Made by a program: the position numbers and the translations under genes
The notes under the pieces: generated by a model
Databases searched by the model: none
The model's input: the letters and a program-made list of their open reading frames with translations, nothing else
What the model was told of the DNA's origin: nothing
Part shown: positions 45,768 to 53,678 of the stretch, in pieces
Numbering within the stretch: the stretch's first letter is position 1
Layout of the letters: every line of letters starts with the position of its first letter
From: a virus
Length of the DNA: 64,000 bases
Direction: 5' to 3' (one strand)
IMG/VR virus record: IMGVR_UViG_3300032770_000019
Location: 1-64,000 of that record

Positions 45768-45956
45768 ATGAACGAGCAAGAGTTCCGCGAGTGGCTCACC
45801 GAAGTGCTTATCGAGCACGCCGATAACTATCCCGATGAGGAAGCACACGTTTCCTCGTTCGCAGAAGAAGACCTGATGACGAACAACGAAGGTCTGGTCG
45901 TGACCATGCCGCACGGACAGGGCGAGTTCCAGCTCACGATTCACAAGACGGAGTAG
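45768..45956 (+). CDS. small acidic phage protein
   Basis: SFAEEDLMTNNEGLVV...GEFQLTI. Confidence 0.65.
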   Translation: MNEQEFREWLTEVLIEHADNYPDEEAHVSSFAEEDLMTNNEGLVVTMPHGQGEFQLTIHKTE

Positions 45957-45958
45957 CA

Positions 45959-46147
45959 ATGTATAAGATCGAAGTGACCGAAGCTCGCGACAAGCATGCG
46001 CAGCGGGAAGGTAAAAGCGCGGTTCGCTTTCGCTGGTCGTCACAGCAGGAGACAGTGGTCGACCTGACCACCGAGGAACTGCGAGAGCTTTTCGCAGCCA
46101 TCTACGGTCGGTTGTTCGCAATCGTTAAGGAAGGACCACAGTCATGA
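45959..46147 (+). CDS. hypothetical protein
   Basis: Operon packing. Confidence 0.55.
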   Translation: MYKIEVTEARDKHAQREGKSAVRFRWSSQQETVVDLTTEELRELFAAIYGRLFAIVKEGPQS

Positions 46148-46470
46148 CTAACGTAAACCCGACACCGGACCGGAGTAGGAAAGGTCCACTTACCGATTTC
46201 GATGTCATGCGCGAGATCATGGATGACTGGGACGGTGAGATATACGTTCGCGAGGCACCGTTCGAGCAGGTCCTGCAAGACTTCTACGGGAACCTGATGG
46301 ACGACCTTCACGACTCGAGAGGCGATTCCGACTACCAGCGGGACGTGCTGGAGCGGATGGCGATTATCGAGAGGTGGCTCAAGGTATTCCGCGTGACGCC
46401 GTTCCCGACATTCAGCGAGGCCGACAAAGCAAGGGAAATCGAGCCGGTGGGGCTGGCACCCGAACGGTAG
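46144..46470 (+). CDS. hypothetical protein
   Basis: ATGA overlap. Confidence 0.55.
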   Translation: MTNVNPTPDRSRKGPLTDFDVMREIMDDWDGEIYVREAPFEQVLQDFYGNLMDDLHDSRGDSDYQRDVLERMAIIERWLKVFRVTPFPTFSEADKAREIEPVGLAPER

Positions 46471-46520
46471 CGAAGAGCATCCGAGGACTTCCTCGGTTAC
46501 CTGGCACAGAAGGAGGAGAA

Positions 46521-47264
46521 GTGAACACGACCAAGCTGGACCGTATACGTAAGCTTCTTCAGAAGGCGGAGCATATCCGCAATATGCCGGCGGAGGGGCT
46601 AACGCCAGAGCTCGAGAAGGAGGCTGATGCCCTTCGGGATAGTGCTTTCGCAATGGCCGCGAAGTACCATATCGATGCAGCGTTGGCAGCCAAAACCGGT
46701 ACACCCCGCGAGGAGCCGGAAAAAGTGAAGAGTATCTTTATCACGTTCGGTAAGCCGCAGGTTCAGCTCGACGTTCTCGCTAACGGTATTAGCAAGGCGA
46801 TGGGCTGTAAGATGATCGTAGTCGAGAAAGGTACGAGCCAGTACAAGGCGCACGTGTTCGGCTTCGAGAGCGACGTAACGATGTTCCGCATGCTATGGAA
46901 CTCTGTGCTAGTTCAAGGCGAACGCGCGTGTGCTGCTTCGTATCACGGCCCAGCGGGGAGGCTCTATCGTCGTTATCGTAGGTCGTGGTGGCAGTCATTT
47001 GCTAACGCAGTACTGCCTCGAGTGCGTCAGATGTACGCTAAGGCGGAAAAGGAAAGCGGAGCCAGCAGCACCTCAACCGAAATCGCCTTGCGTGACCGTT
47101 CGCTGGACGTCCAGCGGGAGGTCGAAAGTGTCTATGCGGAACTACGTAAGGGACGGCGCTCATCTACCCGATACAACGAAGGTGGCTACGCTGGTCGCGA
47201 GGCAGGAAAGCGCGTTGACATTGGCGCAGGAAAGCTCGGAGGCGGAAAAAAGGAGATATCTTGA
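46521..47264 (+). CDS. DUF2786-domain protein
   Basis: LDRIRKLLQKAE...EA..A..MAAKYHID; SD AAGGAG. Confidence 0.75.
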   Translation: MNTTKLDRIRKLLQKAEHIRNMPAEGLTPELEKEADALRDSAFAMAAKYHIDAALAAKTGTPREEPEKVKSIFITFGKPQVQLDVLANGISKAMGCKMIVVEKGTSQYKAHVFGFESDVTMFRMLWNSVLVQGERACAASYHGPAGRLYRRYRRSWWQSFANAVLPRVRQMYAKAEKESGASSTSTEIALRDRSLDVQREVESVYAELRKGRRSSTRYNEGGYAGREAGKRVDIGAGKLGGGKKEIS

Positions 47265-47289
47265 CAGGAATGTAGTAATCGGATAGACT
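47261..47289 (+). promoter_or_regulatory. promoter TTGACA-GGAATGTAGTAATCGGA-TAGACT
   Basis: Variant of the shared-spacer family. Confidence 0.78.
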
Positions 47290-47307
47290 GAGTATGGAGG
47301 TGACCAG

Positions 47308-47682
47308 ATGCGCAGAAAGACCACTACACAGATAGTTACCAGGCGCACCGCTGCGAGGAGGGCACGAAAGCGCGAAGCTCTCGAGAAGCAACGGGCACAG
47401 GCCCGACAGCGTGTCGTCGAACCTGAAACGATCGGACAGGCCCGTGTCTGGGAGCGTAAGTTTAAGCGCTATCAGATAGCTGGCTTGTGTAACGCGTGTG
47501 CATCCCAGGCAGCCTGGGGTCACGCGATGGGATTCGGTAAGATCAAAGACCCGTGTGCCGAGTGCCAGCCCATCGTAAACGCGTTCCCGAACGACGGACC
47601 ACGTGGTAGCAAGTGGCGTAAGTGCCTAATCAAGCTCGAGTACCTATCCCAAAGCGAGATCGAGGAGATCGGTCTATGTTGA
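47308..47682 (+). CDS. basic Zn-binding hypothetical protein
   Basis: CNAC...CAEC. Confidence 0.6.
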   Translation: MRRKTTTQIVTRRTAARRARKREALEKQRAQARQRVVEPETIGQARVWERKFKRYQIAGLCNACASQAAWGHAMGFGKIKDPCAECQPIVNAFPNDGPRGSKWRKCLIKLEYLSQSEIEEIGLC

Positions 47683-47825
47683 ACGGAATGCGAGTGCGAA
47701 ATCGCATCAGTGGGCGCACTGCTACGGTGGAATACGCCACCGAGAACGGTATATTTGTCCGCTACGACGATACGCCCGACGAAGTAGCTGGCGGGTCGTT
47801 CCGAGCATTCCGAGAGGAGTAAGCG

Positions 47826-48197
47826 ATGAGCATCGAGCCAACGGTTACCGCGTTCTGCATGGTCGGTGGTCACCCAGCGGAGGAGCTTACCGTTAACGGT
47901 GACCTTCCAGCTGGTTGGACGAAGGTCCGTGCCACAATGCAGACCCTTAACGGACACTGGATGGCGGACCCGAATTCGCCGGCTTCGATTCTCCATTGTC
48001 CGGCACACCCCGTAGACGCTTATCAGCCCTCGCGAAAGACCAACTGGGACGGTAAAATCTGGGTGCTGGTCACCTTTAGCCTCCCCACAGAAGTAGAGGT
48101 CTTTGACCAGGACCCGAGTAAGACAATCGAGCTGGAAGTAAACCAGGTCCTATACGAAGCGAACATTAACGGTGGCGACAGCAGGGAGGTAAGGTAA
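47826..48197 (+). CDS. hypothetical protein
   Basis: SD GAGGAG. Confidence 0.55.
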   Translation: MSIEPTVTAFCMVGGHPAEELTVNGDLPAGWTKVRATMQTLNGHWMADPNSPASILHCPAHPVDAYQPSRKTNWDGKIWVLVTFSLPTEVEVFDQDPSKTIELEVNQVLYEANINGGDSREVR

Positions 48198-48487
48198 TGC
48201 CTGCGCCAACAGGACCGAAAACGAAGAAGAGAGTCGGTCTGTGGCGTCGGATTAAGTGGCGGTTTTTTACCGTAGCTGTTTCCTGGCCCGGGATGCCCTC
48301 GCGTAAGACTTGTCCTGACTGTAAGAGCGCTGGCTATCTACGCAATACGCCGGAGACACCGACGCAACGTGTACCCCTGCGTGGACATAAAGCAGGCTTT
48401 CCTTGCGACACGTGTAAAGGCCGCGGTACCGTTGTTGATACTAACTATCCTTCGTTTGCCGGTACCGGTAGGCCGCGAAAGCGTTAG
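48197..48487 (+). CDS. DnaJ-type Zn-finger-like small protein
   Basis: CPDCKSAG...CDTCKGRG. Confidence 0.55.
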   Translation: MPAPTGPKTKKRVGLWRRIKWRFFTVAVSWPGMPSRKTCPDCKSAGYLRNTPETPTQRVPLRGHKAGFPCDTCKGRGTVVDTNYPSFAGTGRPRKR

Positions 48488-48663
48488 TCTCTTTCCTTCG
48501 AAATAAGACCGCGCTTATACGCAATAGCAGTGTACTTAGCTATCGTACTTTGAGCTACGCCGAATCGCCGAGCAAGAACTCGCTGCGGCGTTCCGTGATT
48601 CGCAACTATTCGCCTGATAAGATCTTCACGTTCCGTGTTCGTGAAACGTCGTACACCGTACAT
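48484..48663 (-). CDS. 59-aa HTH protein (missed by ORF track)
   Basis: MYGVRRF...TPQRVLARRFGVAQSTIAKY. Confidence 0.6.
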   Translation of the reverse strand: MYGVRRFTNTEREDLIRRIVANHGTPQRVLARRFGVAQSTIAKYTAIAYKRGLISKERD

Positions 48664-48697
48664 CTACTTTGTCCTGTCATCGCGAACCCAAAGGCCA

Positions 48698-48767
48698 GGC
48701 GGGGCAGGCGTTAACCGTTCCAGTCCTGAGCACCTCCGGACCTTTACGGGTTAACGCCTGCCCTGCC
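48698..48767. terminator. long hairpin near convergence of the two transcription directions
   Basis: ggcggggcaggcgttaaccgt / acgggttaacgcctgccctgcc. Confidence 0.7.
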
Positions 48768-48779
48768 CATGCGGTTATA

Positions 48780-49238
48780 TCACCCGGCACCCCTGATATG
48801 GAAGAACATTGTCGGGACCCATCCCCACCCGTAAGCTATCCAGCCAATGGGCTGTCCCGTTTCGTGTGCGCCGAACGTATGTCCCCAGCGGACGAATAGC
48901 TCTACGTGTCCACTACCGTAGAAGGCCAGGTCGCCCTTAACGGGATGACTAGTAGGCTGAAGCTCCCCGCTGGCTACGTCGGCTAGCATTTCGTAGGTCG
49001 TTCGCGGTAGGCGAATACCGGCGTGGGCGTACGCCTTCATCACCAGGCCACTACAGTCGTAGCCATACGGACCGGTACCGCCCCACACGTACGGCTTACC
49101 TGCTTGTGTCCGGGCCCAGTAGAACGCTACTAGGCGTTTGGGTAATGTCGATGCACTAGCACCCGTACTCTGGCACGCTGCGAACAGCGCTACGATGGTA
49201 AACGCTAGGGTTATCGCGAAGATAATGCGCCGTTTCAT
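48780..49238 (-). CDS. secreted NlpC/P60 peptidoglycan peptidase
   Basis: Signal peptide; GKPYVWGG, YDCSGLV, GDLAFY, GHV. Confidence 0.9.
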   Translation of the reverse strand: MKRRIIFAITLAFTIVALFAACQSTGASASTLPKRLVAFYWARTQAGKPYVWGGTGPYGYDCSGLVMKAYAHAGIRLPRTTYEMLADVASGELQPTSHPVKGDLAFYGSGHVELFVRWGHTFGAHETGQPIGWIAYGWGWVPTMFFHIRGAG

Positions 49239-49453
49239 TAAAGCTCCAGTTGCGAGTTTTCTCCGGGAGTCTCGTGCTGACCCGGTACGTGTCGATGCCC
49301 GTACCAGTCCTCTCGGGCACGCGTTACCTTATCGAAGGTAGCAAGGCAGTCCGTCAGATAGGCTGCCAGGATGAAGTCAGGCGTATTAGAACCGTTCTCG
49401 GCGGAATGCTCGTTGAGTAGTTCCTCTAGGCCCTTGCGTAGGCTAGCAGCCAT
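49238..49453 (-). CDS. phage hypothetical protein
   Basis: LNEHSAENGSNTPDFILAAYL. Confidence 0.65.
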   Translation of the reverse strand: MAASLRKGLEELLNEHSAENGSNTPDFILAAYLTDCLATFDKVTRAREDWYGHRHVPGQHETPGENSQLEL

Positions 49454-50123
49454 CGTAAGGAGCCCAGTCGCTGGTCCCATCGGCTCGGACGGTATTCCAG
49501 AAGATCTCGGTCTGGTAGGCGAAATCGGCCTTACCGAACAGAGCAGGATCGCCACCATGAGCGACCCAAGTAGAGAACGAGAACTGGTAGGCGCCCCAGT
49601 GTCCGCTGGCGTTCCAAATCTGTGCATCACCGCCACTTTCGTGCTGGATAACGCACGCCTGGAATGCGCCCATACCAGCGACGCTTACGGTTGTCGTAGA
49701 CCGGTAGCTGTGCGAGCCCGAATAGTGTTGCACGGAGGCGAGTCGCGTGTGCCGCTGGACAGGCTTCGGAATGGCTGCGAGAGCCGTCTCGGTAATCCAC
49801 TTCTTCTTCGGGTGCCATGACTCGAGGGTTAGGCGTTCACCGACACGAATGACGTTCGGGTTCTTGTTGTGCCACCGATTGACTAGCCATAGCGCGGGCC
49901 AGCGGGAGGCGTGTCCGTAGAACTTCTTAGCCAGTGCACTGAGAGTGTCACCGGGACGAACGTAGTAGAACCATTTAGTGCGCACTCGCTCCGAGAAGGA
50001 GGTATGCGTAAGTGCCCTAACCGGCACACCCTCGGTCGAACGTATTGCGGAATGCGAAGGGACGGTGAGAAGGAACGGGACGGTAATAGCTGAAAGAGTA
50101 GGAGCTAGCCAAGCTTTTGACAC
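49443..50123 (-). CDS. secreted LysM + Rpf-like lytic transglycosylase
   Basis: Hydrophobic N-terminus; LysM YYVRPGDTLS..NPNVIRVG; Rpf ACVIQHESGG...GAYQF..TW. Confidence 0.85.
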   Translation of the reverse strand: MSKAWLAPTLSAITVPFLLTVPSHSAIRSTEGVPVRALTHTSFSERVRTKWFYYVRPGDTLSALAKKFYGHASRWPALWLVNRWHNKNPNVIRVGERLTLESWHPKKKWITETALAAIPKPVQRHTRLASVQHYSGSHSYRSTTTVSVAGMGAFQACVIQHESGGDAQIWNASGHWGAYQFSFSTWVAHGGDPALFGKADFAYQTEIFWNTVRADGTSDWAPYDGC

Positions 50124-50254
50124 GAGTTTTCCCTTGTTCGTGCTTCGGCGTGACCCTAAGCGAAATACACTGCTAGGGCGACGCCCGGATACGCAGTGTT
50201 AATTGAGGTCCTCCCTCTTGAGAACGCTAGTTTAGGCCAGCGTCCACGACAGTT

Positions 50255-50893
50255 TTACGGGGTAAGCGTCCAGGAACCGAAGTGATGCTCCTCGACGTCA
50301 ACGTCGGCTGATCCCCCGAAGGCAGTCGAACCATTCTGGTAAAGCTGTGCGCGAGTATCGATATGTCCGCCGGACCACGCAACGGTTTGGAAGCCGTACG
50401 TGATAAGCTGCGCATCGAATAGTCGCTTGATTAGCCAGTACCCGCCGTACGCAGCGGAAAGGTGCAGGCCTCGCTCCGCCTGAATTACGTACCAGTAGTC
50501 AGCCAGCGGCCCGAGCTTAGCACGCGCATTTGACGGAGTATCCGAGAGGTGAGGCGCAAAGTCGGGTACATCGAAGTCCGCCGCGAAGTAGCACGGCTCC
50601 GACCGAATCGGATGACCGTCCGGCGGTGCAACGGAGCGTGCTTGCTGGCGGAAGACGCGAATGTCCTCATACGCCTGCTTAGCCCCGAGTAGTGCTTGCT
50701 TCGCCCCGTACTCGAACAACGAAATAATGCGAATTCCGGCCTGCGATAGCTCCGACGCTTCCGAATGGTCGAGGAACTTCGGCGGTTGCGAACCTTCGCC
50801 AAAGTAGCGACCAACGGCATATACGCCAGCTGCCTTAAGCTGCGCAATGGTCGGATGCTGAAAGGCATAGTCGACAACCAGCAATTTGCTCAT
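50255..50893 (-). CDS. DUF1906 (Rv2525c-like) glycoside hydrolase, probable endolysin
   Basis: VDY, VGRY, YFAADFD, QTVAWSGG, QLYQ, DVD. Confidence 0.8.
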   Translation of the reverse strand: MSKLLVVDYAFQHPTIAQLKAAGVYAVGRYFGEGSQPPKFLDHSEASELSQAGIRIISLFEYGAKQALLGAKQAYEDIRVFRQQARSVAPPDGHPIRSEPCYFAADFDVPDFAPHLSDTPSNARAKLGPLADYWYVIQAERGLHLSAAYGGYWLIKRLFDAQLITYGFQTVAWSGGHIDTRAQLYQNGSTAFGGSADVDVEEHHFGSWTLTP

Positions 50894-50899
50894 GAGGAA

Positions 50900-50928
50900 A
50901 GCCTAACAGCCACTTACAGATTCGGCAA
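50900..50928 (-). promoter_or_regulatory. promoter TTGCCG-N17-TAGGCT, probably leaderless lysin transcript
   Basis: ATG 50893 lies 7 nt after the -10 box. Confidence 0.6.
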
Positions 50929-50959
50929 GGCGCAAAATAACAGCCAATTTATAAAATCT

Positions 50960-51358
50960 TTACCGATAGTGCTTCCACGGTAGGCGTACTTTCCATTCGT
51001 GTAGGTGACCTAGAAGCACCGTTCGAGATAGTACCGTACCGGCTACGACACCTAGAGCTACTACTGTAAAACGAATAAGTAGCCATTCCGGTAGAGTAAC
51101 TCCGAAATCGAGCTTAAGAATCGGTCCAAGAAGAGCGAGAGCTACTCCGAGATCCAGTGAAACGTACATACGTCCGGCAACGTTATGCCACCACGGAGTA
51201 AGACATGTATACAGAATAACAAAAAGCACCGACCCCCAGAAAGCTGCACGGAGTACGATCTGCGTACCGATCCAGTCAGCATCGCGCAACGGAAGAACAA
51301 AAGCTAGTACGGCACCAACGATAAGAAGTACCAAGGTCCGAAATACTTTCAGCGACAC
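50960..51358 (-). CDS. multi-TM membrane protein, holin candidate
   Basis: Four hydrophobic segments; PWWHN.AGR; next to lysin. Confidence 0.65.
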   Translation of the reverse strand: MSLKVFRTLVLLIVGAVLAFVLPLRDADWIGTQIVLRAAFWGSVLFVILYTCLTPWWHNVAGRMYVSLDLGVALALLGPILKLDFGVTLPEWLLIRFTVVALGVVAGTVLSRTVLLGHLHEWKVRLPWKHYR

Positions 51359-51359
51359 C

Positions 51360-51569
51360 TTAGCTCTTTCCGTACCTATCTGAGAGCGCCTGAAATGCTA
51401 GTTCGGCAAGATGGTTACCGTTGGCAAGTCTCGTTAGCTGTACGCGCACTGCCTCGTCCTCCTGTTCCAACTTCCGCTCCTGTTCCGAGCGCAACTTCCT
51501 AGCATCCTCTAGCTGTACTTCCGCCTTCTCCAGATCGCAATCACGGACTTTCCTGCGAAGGAATCGCAC
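51360..51569 (-). CDS. lysis-cassette hypothetical protein
   Basis: Coiled coil ending NHLAE; SD GGAGGAG. Confidence 0.6.
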   Translation of the reverse strand: MRFLRRKVRDCDLEKAEVQLEDARKLRSEQERKLEQEDEAVRVQLTRLANGNHLAELAFQALSDRYGKS

Positions 51570-51840
51570 GAGAGTCTCCTCCTCGAACGCGTACACCGGT
51601 AAGCGCCTCCGCAATAAGACTCGAAGCGTGTACGGCCGTATCGGCACGCGCTATAGCGGCCTCCAAGGCTCGGTCCTTTTCTTTCAATGCTTCCTCTAGC
51701 TTATCCCCACGGGCTACCTCCCGATCAAACTCCGTATCAGTATGCATCTTACCTGAAAGAATAAGCGTAAGCCAAATAACAACAACGGTAAGAGCACCGC
51801 TGCCGCCACTTATTAGCGAAACCAGACTTTCGACACTCAC
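51541..51840 (-). CDS. single-TM plus coiled-coil protein (holin-associated)
   Basis: TM followed by LILSGK. Confidence 0.6.
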   Translation of the reverse strand: MSVESLVSLISGGSGALTVVVIWLTLILSGKMHTDTEFDREVARGDKLEEALKEKDRALEAAIARADTAVHASSLIAEALTGVRVRGGDSRAIPSQESP

Positions 51841-52910
51841 TTCGCCCTCTGTGCTAGAACTTGTGACAGTATGGACGACAAGTCAGTCTTGTACGATAGG
51901 TACGGTGTTACTGAGCCTAGCTCGGTAGTTGAATCGTATTCGTATTGTCCGACCATGAACTGAATCGGACCCATTACTACTTCGCCACCGAATGGCGAGT
52001 CAACTATCAGTAGGCGTACTACCTCTCCGGCTTGCTCGGCCGCAAGATCCACCGGAGTACCGCCTGCGTTTAGGTACTGACCCGGAGCGACAGTGAAAGC
52101 CGTAGAGAACGGTGCCCGCTGGTATTTTGATAGTACGTCACTGGCTATGCTACGAGCGGCACTACCCGAGAGTACACCTTGACCGGTAAGGTCAATGTAA
52201 TCTTCGTTTTCTCCGTGTGCCGCAACCAGCGAAGCATTCTGGACGGAGGTAAGTCCGTATGTCGTAACGCCGCTCTTGGTATTGTCGGTAGCCGTATACT
52301 TCACGTAGATAGTATTTACGTCAGCGTTAATGGTCCGTCCGGGACCAACGGTAGCCACTAGCAAACGCGTTACCGTACTTGGTACGCTAGTCACCTGCAA
52401 GGTAGCACTGCGATCGAGATACCAGATCTGCGGAGGCGAAATCATCATTCCGTTAAGGAAGTCGGTAATCGACTGCGACCCACTATCCACGGACTGACCG
52501 AGATAGCCACTACTGATACCGGGATTGATCCACGGCAAGCCTCGCGAAATCGCTTCATTTATCGCGTCGTTCTGATTCCACGTAGACCAGATGTCAAGGA
52601 AGTTGGCTCCGAGCGTACCGATTCCGTTAGCCGTTACGTTCCAGCCAGTAGCCGTTTGTACAGGCTCCGTCATTTGACCGTACCAGATACGACTAGCACC
52701 GAGAAACGCTTCGCAGTACCTACCGGGATCAATTGCCGGAACGCGATACGCCGGGTCGCTATTAAGCGTACACGTAAGCTGCGCATCCCCGCCTGGTCGC
52801 GTAGAGCTATACTTCAGCTGGTTAACGATACCGTACGAGCCCAACCAGCGGGGGTCGCTACCGTCCGGACGCTTTGTCCGAATCTGAGCTAGTGCACTAC
52901 GCCAGACCAT
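51837..52910 (-). CDS. minor tail protein (hub-like)
   Basis: Position and size in tail operon. Confidence 0.7.
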   Translation of the reverse strand: MVWRSALAQIRTKRPDGSDPRWLGSYGIVNQLKYSSTRPGGDAQLTCTLNSDPAYRVPAIDPGRYCEAFLGASRIWYGQMTEPVQTATGWNVTANGIGTLGANFLDIWSTWNQNDAINEAISRGLPWINPGISSGYLGQSVDSGSQSITDFLNGMMISPPQIWYLDRSATLQVTSVPSTVTRLLVATVGPGRTINADVNTIYVKYTATDNTKSGVTTYGLTSVQNASLVAAHGENEDYIDLTGQGVLSGSAARSIASDVLSKYQRAPFSTAFTVAPGQYLNAGGTPVDLAAEQAGEVVRLLIVDSPFGGEVVMGPIQFMVGQYEYDSTTELGSVTPYLSYKTDLSSILSQVLAQRAK

Positions 52911-52916
52911 TTCTAA

Positions 52917-53216
52917 CTAACCGAGTCCGATCATCGATTTTGCGTACGCCATTGGATCGCCGGAAGGTGCGGCTACGTTACCGCCTCCGGTAAGCCACGC
53001 GTACGTAGCTGCTGCTTGGTCGAGCATTCCGAGAATGTTGGCCTTATCTACGGTATCTCCCTCGTAGAAATCGGCGGTGTCAAGCGTACCGGCAGCTAGC
53101 TCTACCGCACAACGCTCGTCGAGCAGCATTAGCTGGTAGAGACCGTCGATTGCCCGATTAAGCTGCTCCGTAGCACGCGCTTCAAGAGTCGCACGGGTAA
53201 AGTTACCGAGTGTCAT
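52917..53216 (-). CDS. tail-region hypothetical protein
   Basis: SD AAGGAG. Confidence 0.6.
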   Translation of the reverse strand: MTLGNFTRATLEARATEQLNRAIDGLYQLMLLDERCAVELAAGTLDTADFYEGDTVDKANILGMLDQAAATYAWLTGGGNVAAPSGDPMAYAKSMIGLG

Positions 53217-53246
53217 TTCTCTCCTTTTTAAGGCTTCGGGTACTCT

Positions 53247-53678
53247 TTAGGTGTCGATCGGGAAGCTACTGTTGACAGACATATTAGTTGTTGCAGGTGC
53301 GCTGGTAGTAACTCCGTAGCAAGCAATATTTCCACTACTATCGATACGGAAGGCACCGTCGTTATACGTAACCGAGTTATCTCTCCTAGCCATAATCCAC
53401 TGGTTATGTAGCGGTCGATATCCGACCGGTAGGACGGCAATGGTAGTTCCGTCCGCAGTAGTAGTGCCGACGCTTGCCTGACCGGTAAGCAGAACACTTC
53501 GCTGGTCGTTAGACAGTCGAAACTGGAAGGTAGGCGATGAAGATCCCCAGCCATTCGCAAAGTTACCGACCGGCTGCCAGGAATCCGCAAACGCAGTGTT
53601 GTTAAAGCGTCGCTGGAGTTCGATAAGCTGCTCGCGAAGTGCACGCGCCCACGTTGGAGTACCGACTTGAACGCCCAT
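53247..53678 (-). CDS. minor tail / fibre-tip protein
   Basis: FANGW...IAVLPVGYRP...RIDSSG. Confidence 0.7.
   Translation of the reverse strand: MGVQVGTPTWARALREQLIELQRRFNNTAFADSWQPVGNFANGWGSSSPTFQFRLSNDQRSVLLTGQASVGTTTADGTTIAVLPVGYRPLHNQWIMARRDNSVTYNDGAFRIDSSGNIACYGVTTSAPATTNMSVNSSFPIDT

Noticed and set aside
10412-47304. Repeated GGAGGTGAC as a phage operator
   Set aside because: It matches an extended Shine-Dalgarno and nearly always sits a few nt before a start codon.
50124-50254. c-di-AMP (ydaO) riboswitch before the rpf-like gene
   Set aside because: The conserved ydaO sequence blocks are not visible; kept only as an unnamed structured leader.
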